The position numbers and the translations under genes were made by a program. DNA of 64,000 bases, taken from contig CAYPJE010000003.1 in NCBI GenBank assembly GCA_964410945.1, forward strand, positions 3,398-67,397. Reading direction: 5' to 3'. Within the stretch, counting starts at the first letter, position 1. Each line of letters starts with the position of its first letter. A model generated the notes under the pieces. The model was not told the DNA's origin. It saw nothing but the letters and a program-made list of their open reading frames with translations, and did no database searches. Shown one piece after another: positions 10,377 to 20,492 of the stretch. Origin of the DNA: an uncultured bacterium (lineage in GTDB: Bacteria; Fidelibacterota; Marinisomatia; Marinisomatales; TCS56).

Positions 10377-10396
10377 ATGCTCCCCTTTCTTGAAGG

Positions 10397-10828
10397 TCAA
10401 TTAACTAAACGCGTAGCAATCAGCAATTGGGCGGGGCGTCTTGCCAGCCGGCGTACCCCCAACCAGGAAAGACCGGCGCCGACTGCCAGGCCGATCAATC
10501 CACTCAGGAACAGGATCAATTCATTATTTTCTGAATCGGACAGCACGTAACTGATTCCGATACCGCACAGGAATCCCAGCAACGGAATACCATACTGGAA
10601 GGCCGACATTTTCAACAGCAGGTTACCTTCCTCCGCCACCTCAACCTTATCGCCCACCTGGGCATCGATGGCATTATAAGCTACTATGGTGCGTGAATTT
10701 TCACCACCGGGTGAACAGAGAATCCGGGCACCACAGGATTCACAGGCTTCACCGGCCTCGACTTTGATCCGGATGTTGGCACCCTCCCGGGCTACCACCA
10801 CCCCCCGATCAATGATAACGTCAGTCAA
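10397..10828 (-). CDS. RseC/MucC-family small membrane protein (Rnf-associated)
   Basis: N-terminal soluble part with CESCGARILC, then two hydrophobic helices. Lies directly after rnfB with 0-nt spacing. Confidence 0.65.
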   Translation of the reverse strand: MTDVIIDRGVVVAREGANIRIKVEAGEACESCGARILCSPGGENSRTIVAYNAIDAQVGDKVEVAEEGNLLLKMSAFQYGIPLLGFLCGIGISYVLSDSENNELILFLSGLIGLAVGAGLSWLGVRRLARRPAQLLIATRLVN

Positions 10829-11665
10829 TTAAGCTGCCGCCTCCTCTGATTCAAATTCTTCATGACCATAGGTCACGAAAGCACCCGGGGCGCATTTCTC
10901 GGTCGGTATAATGGGAACCCGTCCATATTTATCATAGTCGATTTTTGCCAAATTATTCTCAATGACAATCTCGCCATCTTCCACGGCCCGGACACAGATT
11001 CCGCAACCGATACAGGCCTTGATACAGGTCTGGCGGGCTTCCTTGGGAGCATCGGTATTGTTGCACATAATGAACAACTTATGGCTCTCGGGATGCATTT
11101 CAATGACATTCCGCGGACAGACTTCGGCACAGTTACCACAACCGGTGCATTTGTCCTCAATGACCACCGGAAGGTGATTTTCATTCATATACATGGCATC
11201 GAACGGGCAGGCTTCCACACATTCGCCATAACCGATGCAGCCATGTTCACATAAACGGTCACCGCCACCTAACAGATGAGCAGCCGTGCAAGACATAATT
11301 CCGTCGTAGGTGCCTTTTTTGGCGGTTTCATAATCACCGCCCCGGCAAATTACCCGGGCAATCATTTTTTCACCGGTTTCGGCATCGACACCCATAATCA
11401 AGGCGATCGCTTCGGCACCATCAGCGGTATTAACCGGACAACCGGTTATTTTGGCTTTGCCATTGACAACATTTTCGGCAAAACTGGCGCAGCCGGGATA
11501 ACCACAACCACCACAATTAGCGCCTGGTAATTCTTCCATTACCTGTCCAATTCGGGGATCTTCCTCTACATATAATTTTTTATTAGCAATTGCCAGCCCG
11601 GTAGAGAACAGCAGTCCCAACCCCCCCATGCTGGCCATCGAAATCATAATTGCATTAATATCCAT
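10829..11665 (-). CDS. rnfB: Rnf electron transport complex subunit B
   Basis: N-terminal membrane anchor. CGGCGYPGC cluster motif. Multiple CxxCxxCxxxCP ferredoxin motifs. Confidence 0.9.
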   Translation of the reverse strand: MDINAIMISMASMGGLGLLFSTGLAIANKKLYVEEDPRIGQVMEELPGANCGGCGYPGCASFAENVVNGKAKITGCPVNTADGAEAIALIMGVDAETGEKMIARVICRGGDYETAKKGTYDGIMSCTAAHLLGGGDRLCEHGCIGYGECVEACPFDAMYMNENHLPVVIEDKCTGCGNCAEVCPRNVIEMHPESHKLFIMCNNTDAPKEARQTCIKACIGCGICVRAVEDGEIVIENNLAKIDYDKYGRVPIIPTEKCAPGAFVTYGHEEFESEEAAA

Positions 11666-11689
11666 ATTAATCTCTATTGTTCGGGGTTA

Positions 11690-12262
11690 TTAAATCAATC
11701 CGGCAAAGCCCATGAAAGCCAATGCCAGGCTACCAGCTATGATCATTGTAATACCGGCGCCCTGGAAAATTTTCGGAACATTGGCCAGTTCCAGCTCTTC
11801 ACGGATGCCCGCCATTAAAACCATAGCCAGGGTGAATCCCAATCCGGCACCGAGAGCATAGATAATTCCTTCTACAAAGGAATATTCCTTGGCTACGGCG
11901 AACAGGGCCAGTCCCATGATGGCACAGTTGGTAGTAATCAACGGCAGATATATACCTAACGCTTTGTACAGCGGCTGGCTGACCTTCTTGATAAACATTT
12001 CCACCAGCTGAACCAACGATGCAATCACCAGGATGAAAGAAACAGTCTGAAGAATACTCAGCCCAAACTGCACCAGGATATATTTGTTAATCAGAAAGGT
12101 GACTGCGGCTGTCAGGGTCATGACAAAAGTCACCGCCATTCCCATACTGATGGCTGAATCAACTTTTTTGGAAACACCAACGAACGGGCAGATTCCCAGG
12201 AACTGGGACAGAACGAAATTATTGACGATAGCTGCTGAGATGAACAAGGTCAGTAAACTCAT
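11690..12262 (-). CDS. rnfA: Rnf complex subunit A
   Basis: 190-aa polytopic protein of the RnfA/NqrE type ([24 protein letters not shown]). Confidence 0.9.
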   Translation of the reverse strand: MSLLTLFISAAIVNNFVLSQFLGICPFVGVSKKVDSAISMGMAVTFVMTLTAAVTFLINKYILVQFGLSILQTVSFILVIASLVQLVEMFIKKVSQPLYKALGIYLPLITTNCAIMGLALFAVAKEYSFVEGIIYALGAGLGFTLAMVLMAGIREELELANVPKIFQGAGITMIIAGSLALAFMGFAGLI

Positions 12263-12870
12263 GCCTTGGCCCTCCTGTCGTTATACCAGTTGGAAAGTCC
12301 AATCAATAGACCCAGAGTGAGAAATGCTCCCGGTGGCAGGATCATCACCAGCCAGGTATTGAAGGCCTCTGGCATGATAGCGATGCCGAAGATCGCTCCT
12401 TCACCCAGCAATTCGCGAATGGCGCCCAACAGTGTCAGCACCCAGGTAAATCCGACCCCCATGCCGATTCCATCCAGGATTGAGCGGCCCACATTGTTCT
12501 TGGATGAGAAAGCTTCCTGTCGCCCCAGGATCAGGCAGTTGACCACAATCAGCGGAATGAAAGCACCCAGGGCCTTGCTGATATCAGGTGTATAGGCCGC
12601 CAGAAATTTATCAACCAGGGTTACAAAAGTGGCGATCACGATAATATACGAGGCAATCCGCACCTGGGCCGGAATTATACTTCTGATCAGTGAAATCAGG
12701 ATACTGGAACTGAGCAGCACGAAGGTTGTTGCCAGTCCCATGGCCAGACCATTGACAGCAGCATTGGTCACCGCCAGGGTGGGACACAACCCCAGCAGCT
12801 GAATCAGGACCGGGTTTTCGGCCCAGATTCCTTTCAATACTTCGATACTTAATGAATTCTTCTTAGCCAT
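12259..12870 (-). CDS. rnfE: Rnf complex subunit E
   Basis: 203-aa polytopic RnfE/NqrD type ([30 protein letters not shown]). 4-nt overlap with rnfA. Confidence 0.9.
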   Translation of the reverse strand: MAKKNSLSIEVLKGIWAENPVLIQLLGLCPTLAVTNAAVNGLAMGLATTFVLLSSSILISLIRSIIPAQVRIASYIIVIATFVTLVDKFLAAYTPDISKALGAFIPLIVVNCLILGRQEAFSSKNNVGRSILDGIGMGVGFTWVLTLLGAIRELLGEGAIFGIAIMPEAFNTWLVMILPPGAFLTLGLLIGLSNWYNDRRAKA

Positions 12871-13448
12871 TATTTACCTGCCATTTCAGGATTGTATAAT
12901 TCTCTGACTCGTTCGACCTGGCCGCTGATTATATCAACTACCGCTTTGGATGAAATCGTGGCACCGGAGATGGCCTGGATTCCACGGGTGGGATCGGCCG
13001 GTTTGACATTCTTGACGACTTCCGGTTTCCGATCATCCATTATCAGACCGATAAACTGATTCTTAAACCAACTGTCTTCAATTTTATTCCCCAGTCCCGG
13101 TGTTTCGGTCTGTTCGAGAATCTCAATTCCGGTCAGGCTGGTGAAATTAGGATTCATACCAACCATGACAGTCAAATCCGGTGAAAAACCGTTCCCTTTG
13201 GCTTTAAAGGCAATCCCGACGGAGTTGTTGACGGAATCCTTCCCTACATACAGAGTAATATCCTCGCCAACCAAAACTTCATCATAGTGGTCATATTCCG
13301 GCAGTACCATTGAAATGGCCTGCTTCAGCACTTTCAGACGATTGGCTTCAATCAGTGGGGCTGTTACCCCATCCCACATGGACAGGACACTCCCTGAGAG
13401 GGCAGCCACAACTGTCAGTACAATAATCATTTTTGTGGAGGTATTCAT
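12870..13448 (-). CDS. rnfG: Rnf complex subunit G (FMN-binding)
   Basis: N-terminal anchor. FMN attachment motif SGATISS near the C-terminus. Confidence 0.85.
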   Translation of the reverse strand: MNTSTKMIIVLTVVAALSGSVLSMWDGVTAPLIEANRLKVLKQAISMVLPEYDHYDEVLVGEDITLYVGKDSVNNSVGIAFKAKGNGFSPDLTVMVGMNPNFTSLTGIEILEQTETPGLGNKIEDSWFKNQFIGLIMDDRKPEVVKNVKPADPTRGIQAISGATISSKAVVDIISGQVERVRELYNPEMAGK

Positions 13449-14524
13449 GCGCGTGGCTCCCCAAAATATTTAGGTCTGGTATAGCGGTTAATCAAGGGAG
13501 TCACCGCATTCATCAACAGGATGGAATACATGACGCCTTCCGGCAGGCCGCCGAATAACCTGATCACAACCAGGAGAATTCCGGCTCCGATACCGAAGAT
13601 CCAGGATCCTTTGGGTGTAATCGGTGAAGTAACCATATCGGTGGCCATGAAAAAGGCCCCCAGCATCAAGCCACCACTGAGCAGGTGGAAGACGGGATCG
13701 GGATATTCGGCCGGATTGATCAGCCAGAAAATACCGCCCAGGACAAAAACCGAACCCAGGTAACTGACCGGAATCCGCCAGTCAGCATATTTCTTGATAA
13801 TTAAGAACAGACCTCCCGCCATGATCACCACGGCGGATGTTTCCCCCAGACACCCGCCGGTGTTACCGTACAGGAGGTCTGGTAATGCTGTCGTTAACTT
13901 TTCAAATTTAAAGCCCCCCAGCGGAGTGGCTGTCGAAACCGCATCCACGGTTCGGGGATTGGTCCAGGTGGTGATCGCCACCGGAAAACTGGCCTGCAGA
14001 AAGGCTCGTCCCAGCAGAGCGGGATTGAAAATATTGTAGCCCAGCCCTCCGAAAATATGTTTGCCGACCGCAATGGCAAAGATTGAGCCTAGCGCACCAC
14101 TGGTCAGATTGAATGACGGCGGCAAGGTCAACGCCAGCAGCAGGCCGGTGATGGCAGCACTGCCATCTTTGATGGTCAGAGCCTCACCTTTCAGGTAATT
14201 CATAACCGCTTCGGTTGCTAATGCTGCCGCAATACAGGTTGCCATCATGGTGATCGCCGGCCAGCCGAAATAATAGACTGCCATCACCGCCGCCGGAACC
14301 AGCGCGACCACAACCGTCCACATAATACGGGTTACACTGTCGGCCGTCCCCAGATGGGGGCTGGACGACAGGATCAGATTATGTTCCGGTTTATACAGCT
14401 TGGCCCGGGGATCTTTTTTAGGTTTAATCTTCTTGGGCTTAGGTGCCGGTTTGGGAGCATCTCCAGCAGGTTTATCAACGGCTGGTTTTTCAGGCTGCTC
14501 GGGTAATTTTTTCTCTTCGTCCAT
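13445..14524 (-). CDS. rnfD: Rnf complex subunit D
   Basis: Polytopic RnfD/NqrB type with a Lys/Pro-rich N-terminal extension. Conserved FMATDMVTSP. Confidence 0.9.
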   Translation of the reverse strand: MDEEKKLPEQPEKPAVDKPAGDAPKPAPKPKKIKPKKDPRAKLYKPEHNLILSSSPHLGTADSVTRIMWTVVVALVPAAVMAVYYFGWPAITMMATCIAAALATEAVMNYLKGEALTIKDGSAAITGLLLALTLPPSFNLTSGALGSIFAIAVGKHIFGGLGYNIFNPALLGRAFLQASFPVAITTWTNPRTVDAVSTATPLGGFKFEKLTTALPDLLYGNTGGCLGETSAVVIMAGGLFLIIKKYADWRIPVSYLGSVFVLGGIFWLINPAEYPDPVFHLLSGGLMLGAFFMATDMVTSPITPKGSWIFGIGAGILLVVIRLFGGLPEGVMYSILLMNAVTPLINRYTRPKYFGEPRA

Positions 14525-14534
14525 TGCTTCCTCT

Positions 14535-15938
14535 CTAGGCCGCGTCTTGGGCTTTACGTTTCATTTCACCAACCCGCAGCTTGCCCAGGCGAATCCATTG
14601 GACCAGCGGTATATGGGATGGACAGACAAAGGCACAGGAACCGCATTCGATACAATTCATGATACCTAATTCTTCAGCTGCCTCGGGCTGATCCTTTTCA
14701 GACAACCGGGCAATTCTGGTCGGCAATAAAAACATCGGGCAGGCCGTCACACAGGAACCACAACGAATACAGGGCATTGCCCGTTCGGCCGGTTCACCTT
14801 TTGCAGCTGTACAAACAATACCGCTGGTTGCCTTGACCACCGGCACATTCATATTGTACTGGGCCATACCCATCATCGGGCCGCCCATAAATACGTGGGA
14901 GGCTTCGTCTTTCAAACCACCACAGTAGTTCAGAATGTCGGCAAATGGCGTTCCAATCCGGGCCAGGACATTTTTCGGCTGGCTGATTCCATCACCGGTT
15001 ACCGTTACGATCCTGTTCACCAGTGGTTTTCCTTCCAGAACTGCGTCAGCCACCGCCATGGCGGTCCCAATATTATTGACCACCGTACCAACATCCATGG
15101 GCAATCCACCGGTGGGAACCTGGCGTTTCAACACGGACTGGATCAACATCTTTTCCGCGCCCTGGGGATATTTGACCTGGAGGGAAACAACCTTGAAATT
15201 ATATTTACCACGAACCACGGCATTACGCATGGCATCAATGGCATCGGGCTTGTTGTTCTCAATCCCGATAAATCCGTTTTTGACACCCAGGATTTTCATG
15301 ATCATGGCCATCCCGGTCAAGACCTTCTCCGATTGCTCCACCATTGCCCGATGATCAGCTGTGAGATAAGGTTCACATTCGCAACCGTTCAGAATAAAGG
15401 TATCGATCGGCTTATCCTTGGGTGGTGCGAGCTTCACATGGGTCGGAAAGGCTGCGCCCCCCATTCCGACGACTCCCGCCTCCCGGATACGTTGATTCAG
15501 ATCCTCTACACTGGCAGACTGCCAATCTTTGATCGGTGCCATCAGATTCCACTCATCCTCCTCGGCGGTACGTTTGATGTACACCATCTGAACCTTGCCG
15601 CCCACCGGATGGGGGAAAGTACCGATATCCTTAACCGTACCGGTTACCGAAGAATGTACCGGACTTGATACATAGGCCTCGCTGGAACCGATCACCTGGC
15701 CGGTTTTTACCTCGGCCCCTTTTTCAACCGCTACGGTGCAGGGAGCACCGATATGCTGCTGGAGGGGAATAAAAACATGGTCTGGTAAGGGAAGTGTTTC
15801 AATCGCCTCGGAACAGGTAAAATGCTTAAAGTCGTTCGGATGAACGCCCTTCTTGAAGGTAGGTAATTTCACAGTCTGTCCTCTTCGTAAAAATGCAGTA
15901 TTATAAAAACCGTTCTTTGTAGCCGAAACCGGGTTCAA
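14535..15938 (-). CDS. rnfC: Rnf complex subunit C
   Basis: GMGGAAFPTHVKL nucleotide-binding region. Two ferredoxin motifs, CIRCGSCVTACP and CIECGSCAFVCP. Confidence 0.9.
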   Translation of the reverse strand: MNPVSATKNGFYNTAFLRRGQTVKLPTFKKGVHPNDFKHFTCSEAIETLPLPDHVFIPLQQHIGAPCTVAVEKGAEVKTGQVIGSSEAYVSSPVHSSVTGTVKDIGTFPHPVGGKVQMVYIKRTAEEDEWNLMAPIKDWQSASVEDLNQRIREAGVVGMGGAAFPTHVKLAPPKDKPIDTFILNGCECEPYLTADHRAMVEQSEKVLTGMAMIMKILGVKNGFIGIENNKPDAIDAMRNAVVRGKYNFKVVSLQVKYPQGAEKMLIQSVLKRQVPTGGLPMDVGTVVNNIGTAMAVADAVLEGKPLVNRIVTVTGDGISQPKNVLARIGTPFADILNYCGGLKDEASHVFMGGPMMGMAQYNMNVPVVKATSGIVCTAAKGEPAERAMPCIRCGSCVTACPMFLLPTRIARLSEKDQPEAAEELGIMNCIECGSCAFVCPSHIPLVQWIRLGKLRVGEMKRKAQDAA

Positions 15939-16197
15939 TAAACAGACCGGAAATTATAAAAAAATATCCATAAATAAGACCATTTTATCTTGTTTAAATT
16001 GCACCTGAATTACGATATTATCACTTGTTTCAACCACAGAGACATTAAGGGTGCAAAGAAATTTCAATTTTAAGATTTATGAATTATTTTCTCTCCGTAC
16101 TCAAATACTCCGTTACCCCAACCCTTCCAGGTAATAGTTCGACTATCCACCTTTCAGTTAACTCATAAAATCACCAATCATTTATTTCAAGAATTTT

Positions 16198-16236
16198 GTT
16201 TGCATTATACTACATATTTAGTAGTTTTACGCAAAC
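16198..16236. promoter_or_regulatory. nested inverted repeat abutting the abiEi start codon (candidate operator)
   Basis: GTTTGC-attat-ACTAC-atattta-GTAGT-tttac-GCAAAC, ending 4 nt before the ATG at 16240. Confidence 0.3.
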
Positions 16237-16239
16237 ATA

Positions 16240-17040
16240 ATGTTGATAAATTCAAAATATAAATATTTTGAGGAGTATATACTTGAAATCCAATCCAAGG
16301 GTAGATATTCATTAACCTTAGATGAATTGAAAACTAGATTTGATATTTCTGAAAAAGCTATTCTTCAAAAAATATTCAGGTTAAAAAACAAAAACCAACT
16401 GGCACAGGTGCGCCAGGAATTCTATGTCATTATTCCTCCTCAATACTCCATTCGAGGTATGGTGCCTCCAACACTCTTTATTGATGATATGATGGAATTT
16501 CTTAATAAAGAGTACTATGTAGGATTATTATCTGCTGCCGCTTTACACGGTGCCGGACATCAGCAGCCTATGGAATTTCAGGTTATAACCAAAAAGCCTG
16601 CTTTGCGTAGCATCAGAAATCAAAAACTTGTTATAAGTTTTTTTATAAAAGGTAAATGGGAACAGATCCAAATCAATGAAAAAAAAACTGAGACAGGATA
16701 CATTAAAGTTTCATCCCCTGCACTCACAGCTTTCGACCTTGTTTATTATAACAAAAAGATTGGAGGATTAAACCGAATTATTCCAATACTAGAAGACTTA
16801 GCCGAAAGCATCAATTCATATGAAATCAGAAAAGCCACCAAATTTCAAAAAATACCAACCATTCAACGTCTAGGCTATCTATTTGAAGTAATTGGTGCCA
16901 AGAAACTTGCCGATTCTCTTTTTAAAACAATAAATCAACAATCACTTAAAAAAACCCCACTCTCGTTGCTCTATAAGGAAAACAAAGGATGGGTTAATGA
17001 TAAATGGAATGTAATTGTAAATACAGAGCTTGATTTTTAA
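16240..17040 (+). CDS. type IV toxin-antitoxin system AbiEi-family antitoxin
   Basis: 266 aa. N-terminal wHTH-like region (LTLDELKTRFDISEKAILQKIFRLKNKNQL). Position and 1-nt overlap (TAATG) with an AbiEii gene. AT-rich. Confidence 0.7.
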   Translation: MLINSKYKYFEEYILEIQSKGRYSLTLDELKTRFDISEKAILQKIFRLKNKNQLAQVRQEFYVIIPPQYSIRGMVPPTLFIDDMMEFLNKEYYVGLLSAAALHGAGHQQPMEFQVITKKPALRSIRNQKLVISFFIKGKWEQIQINEKKTETGYIKVSSPALTAFDLVYYNKKIGGLNRIIPILEDLAESINSYEIRKATKFQKIPTIQRLGYLFEVIGAKKLADSLFKTINQQSLKKTPLSLLYKENKGWVNDKWNVIVNTELDF

Positions 17041-17828
17041 TGATACCAAGACGGTATATTGAAGAATGGAAAGAATTTGCTCCCTGGCCGGAAGATGCAC
17101 AGGTAGAGCAAGATCTCATTATTGAGAAAGCCGTACTGCAATTATTCAACGACCCATTCCTTCAACAGCGCCTTGCTTTCCGAGGTGGTACGGCTCTTCA
17201 TAAAATATATCTAAAACCTCAAGTGAGGTATTCGGAAGACATTGATCTTGTGCAAGTAAACGCAGAACATATCGGGGAAACAATAAATGCTGTACGCAAT
17301 CAATTAAATTTCCTTGGAAAACCGATAGTTAAACAAAAAGCAAACAACAATAGCCTGGTTTATCGATTTAGATCAGAAATAGCCCCAATTATAAATATGC
17401 GTCTCAAAATTGAAATCAATTGCCGTGAACATTTCACTGTTCTTGGGTACAAAAAGATAGATTATGGTATAAAGAATACATGGGGCACGGGGGAATGTAC
17501 ACTGTTATCCTATGAAGCAGAGGAAATGCTTGGAACCAAATTGAGAGCATTGTACCAAAGAAAGAAAGGACGCGATCTTTTCGACTTGTATCATGCAATT
17601 ACAAATTTGGATCTGGACACAGATATTCTTATAAAGTGCTACAAAAAGTACATTGCTTTTTCGGTAAATAAACCCCCAACAAAAGCACAATTTCTATTAA
17701 ACATAGAAGATAAACTGCAAAACCCTGACTTTACAGGAGACATTTATGCTTTATTAAGGCCTGGTGTGGAATATGATCAAAATAAAGCGTATGAGATTAT
17801 CAAAACCGAACTGATTGAAAAGATATAA
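17040..17828 (+). CDS. nucleotidyltransferase AbiEii/AbiGii-family toxin
   Basis: Hallmark FRGGTALHKIY ... RYSEDIDL motifs of the AbiEii (formerly DUF1814) family. Confidence 0.85.
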   Translation: MIPRRYIEEWKEFAPWPEDAQVEQDLIIEKAVLQLFNDPFLQQRLAFRGGTALHKIYLKPQVRYSEDIDLVQVNAEHIGETINAVRNQLNFLGKPIVKQKANNNSLVYRFRSEIAPIINMRLKIEINCREHFTVLGYKKIDYGIKNTWGTGECTLLSYEAEEMLGTKLRALYQRKKGRDLFDLYHAITNLDLDTDILIKCYKKYIAFSVNKPPTKAQFLLNIEDKLQNPDFTGDIYALLRPGVEYDQNKAYEIIKTELIEKI

Positions 17829-17948
17829 TATTAATTTGCATCACCTATAATTAGATTTGTGATTTACTTTGTTTTATACTGTTGAATAATTTACTACATT
17901 AAATCGTTCCTATTTTCATATCAACATGAGTATCCAAACTAAGTAATT

Positions 17949-18917
17949 TTGTCCGTGAATAATCTGCCCACTTTTGATACTGTCCTGGCTGCTTCCAGAC
18001 GACTCAATGGGGTTGTCAATAACACAGCTGTTGCTACCTCCCGCACCCTCAATCGGCGCTGTGGTGCTGAAATATTCTTGAAATGCGAAAATTTCCAGCG
18101 CATAGGTGCTTTCAAATTCCGCGGGGCTTATAACGCCATGGCACAATTGACAGCAGCCGAGAAAAGAAAAGGTGTGATCACCCACTCATCAGGAAACCAC
18201 GCCCAGGCCGTTGCCCTGGTGGGTTCGCTGCTGAATATTTCTACCACCATCGTGATGCCGGATAATGCTCCGGCTACCAAACGAATGGCCACCGAGGCCT
18301 ATGGCGCCCGGATCATCGAGTATGATCCGGAGATCACCACCCGCGAGGAATTGTCCCACTCGATTAAGGAAAAGGAAGGCCAGATACTTATCCCACCCTA
18401 TGACCACCCGGAAATCGTGGCTGGACAGGGAACCGCCGCCCTGGAATTATTAGATAAAGTCAAATCATTGGATTATGTTATCACACCTTGTGGCGGTGGT
18501 GGACTGCTCAGCGGTTCCGCCCTGGCAGCCAAAGGTCGAAATCCCGGCTGTAAAGTGATCGGCATAGAACCGGAACTGGCCGATGACGCCACCCGGTCAT
18601 TCCGCACCGGGAAACTGCACACCGTAAAAAATCCGCCCACAATTGCCGATGGAACCAGAACACCATCCCTGGGAAAAATCACCTTCCCATTAATTCTGAA
18701 CAATGTCGATGATATGATAACGGTAACCGAAGATGCCATCATCGAGGCTGTGTGTTTTCTGCTGTTCAGAATGAAACTGGTGGTGGAACCATCCGGCGCA
18801 CTGGGAGTAGCAGCGTTGTTATCAGGGGCGCTGAAAGTAGGTGGCCGGGTTGGTATCATCCTGAGTGGTGGAAATGTGGATAACAATACCCTGCAAAATA
18901 TTATCGCCTTAAATTAG
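17949..18917 (+). CDS. PLP-dependent serine/threonine dehydratase family enzyme (threonine ammonia-lyase / serine-racemase-like)
   Basis: TTG start. PLP-lysine region ENFQRIGAFKFRGAYN. SSGNHAQAVA. Glycine loop GGGGLLSG. Confidence 0.8.
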   Translation: MSVNNLPTFDTVLAASRRLNGVVNNTAVATSRTLNRRCGAEIFLKCENFQRIGAFKFRGAYNAMAQLTAAEKRKGVITHSSGNHAQAVALVGSLLNISTTIVMPDNAPATKRMATEAYGARIIEYDPEITTREELSHSIKEKEGQILIPPYDHPEIVAGQGTAALELLDKVKSLDYVITPCGGGGLLSGSALAAKGRNPGCKVIGIEPELADDATRSFRTGKLHTVKNPPTIADGTRTPSLGKITFPLILNNVDDMITVTEDAIIEAVCFLLFRMKLVVEPSGALGVAALLSGALKVGGRVGIILSGGNVDNNTLQNIIALN

Positions 18918-18978
18918 AATTTTCAGTCGAAATTCAGCCCCATAAAAAGCGGGATAATTTTCAAATAAGGGACTCCTA

Positions 18979-19887
18979 ATGATCGTATATTTCAATAACC
19001 AGTTTACACCAAATGATGAAGGCACATATCCTGAGTCGGATGAAAAATTCTTCTTAGACAAATCCATGGTGGAAATTTCACCGGATGACCGTGGTTTTAC
19101 ATTCGGCGATGGCGTATACGAGGTAATGAAAACTTATCGTGGTTTGATATTTGAACTGGGAACGCACCTGCAGCGACTTAACAACAGCCTGGCCGGAATT
19201 AATCTGCCCTCCTGGAATACCCTCAAGTTGGAACCAATTCTGAAACGTTTGATTAAGCACAATCACCTTGATAATAAAGAAGCAAAAATTTATGTCCAAA
19301 TAACCCGTGGCGATGCTCCGCGTGACCATGCTTTCCCCGCCCATGACACACCATTAACCATTTTTATATCAGCGGAAGAATCGTGGTCCAATCTTACACT
19401 GCAAGACAGCGGTGCCAAGGCAATTACTACCATCGACGAAAGGTGGAAACGCTGTCACATCAAGCAGATTGGCCTGGTTGCAAATGTCCTGGCCAACCAG
19501 GAGGCCAAGGCAGCCGACGCCTATGAGGCGGTCTATGTACGCAATGGCTTTATAACTGAAGGTTCACATACCAACTTTTGCGCCATTTTTAACGGTGCTC
19601 TGCACACCCATCCCCTGAATAATCTGATCCTGCCAGGAGTTACCCGCAAGGCCGTATTGGAAATCTGCTCTGATTTCAATTTTCCGGTTGTTGAAGAACC
19701 GATTCCCCTGTCAACCCTGCAACAGAAAATTTCAGATCCGGCAACCGAGTGCATGGTGCTGGGCACCATGACTGAAATCATGCCTATCATCAAACTCGAC
19801 GGACAACCAGTTGGTACCGGAAAGGTTGGCCAGCTCACCCAAAAGATTCAGCAGGAATTTCGGAAACGTACCCAGCCTGCTGCTTGA
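18979..19887 (+). CDS. class IV aminotransferase, D-amino-acid transaminase-like
   Basis: DRGFTFGDGVYEVMKTY N-terminal motif and overall length typical of the Dat/IlvE fold-type IV family. Confidence 0.75.
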   Translation: MIVYFNNQFTPNDEGTYPESDEKFFLDKSMVEISPDDRGFTFGDGVYEVMKTYRGLIFELGTHLQRLNNSLAGINLPSWNTLKLEPILKRLIKHNHLDNKEAKIYVQITRGDAPRDHAFPAHDTPLTIFISAEESWSNLTLQDSGAKAITTIDERWKRCHIKQIGLVANVLANQEAKAADAYEAVYVRNGFITEGSHTNFCAIFNGALHTHPLNNLILPGVTRKAVLEICSDFNFPVVEEPIPLSTLQQKISDPATECMVLGTMTEIMPIIKLDGQPVGTGKVGQLTQKIQQEFRKRTQPAA

Positions 19888-19891
19888 CATT

Positions 19892-20431
19892 GTGAATTCC
19901 AAGAACCGGAAAAAGATTGCTTTCACAGCATTGTTGGTCACGACCCTGGCAATTCTGGGTATTATGCGTATTGCCGATGACCACCTGAAAAATGACCTGG
20001 CGCCGGCGGGGATCGTATCACTGGAATTTGCCGCAGACCCGGAGAGCGCGCAAGATATTATCCAGAGCTGGGAAGGATCGCCCCGCTTCTGGGCCGGTTT
20101 CAGCATGGGCATGGATTTTCTTTTTTTGGCAGCTTACTCCGCCACCATTGCCTGGGGCTGCCTGCTGGTAGGTAAACGTCTGTCCAATCGTTGGCCCCTG
20201 GTAAAATCAACCAGTCATCTGGTCGCCGCAGCTGTTCTGGTTGCCGGTGGACTGGATATAATCGAAAATATCGCCCTTATCAAACTGATAGCCGGATCAA
20301 CGAATGCTGCCCTGCCAGTGATAGCGATCTGGTGTGCGGTGCCAAAATTCCTATTGGTATTGATCGGAGTAATCTACCTTCTGGCAGGACTGGTAATCAG
20401 TCGTCTGATCCGGAAACAGGCAACCTCTTAA
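19892..20431 (+). CDS. hypothetical polytopic membrane protein
   Basis: The track ORF starts at 19811 inside the preceding gene. An in-frame GTG at 19892 lies just after that gene's stop. Several hydrophobic helices. Confidence 0.45.
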   Translation: MNSKNRKKIAFTALLVTTLAILGIMRIADDHLKNDLAPAGIVSLEFAADPESAQDIIQSWEGSPRFWAGFSMGMDFLFLAAYSATIAWGCLLVGKRLSNRWPLVKSTSHLVAAAVLVAGGLDIIENIALIKLIAGSTNAALPVIAIWCAVPKFLLVLIGVIYLLAGLVISRLIRKQATS

Positions 20432-20492
20432 TAAAATTTCTGACTAAATTAGTCCATAAAATAATTATTCCAATTTTGCGGAGGAGGCTAAT

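Noticed and set aside
14895-15668. 257-aa and 139-aa plus-strand ORFs inside rnfC. Similar long antisense ORFs lie inside the ABC-F, korA, hdrA (53776..54378), selD and PBP1A genes.
   Set aside because: In each case the opposite strand encodes a protein with clear family motifs. The antisense translations are compositionally odd (Arg/Pro/Gly-rich) and have no motifs.
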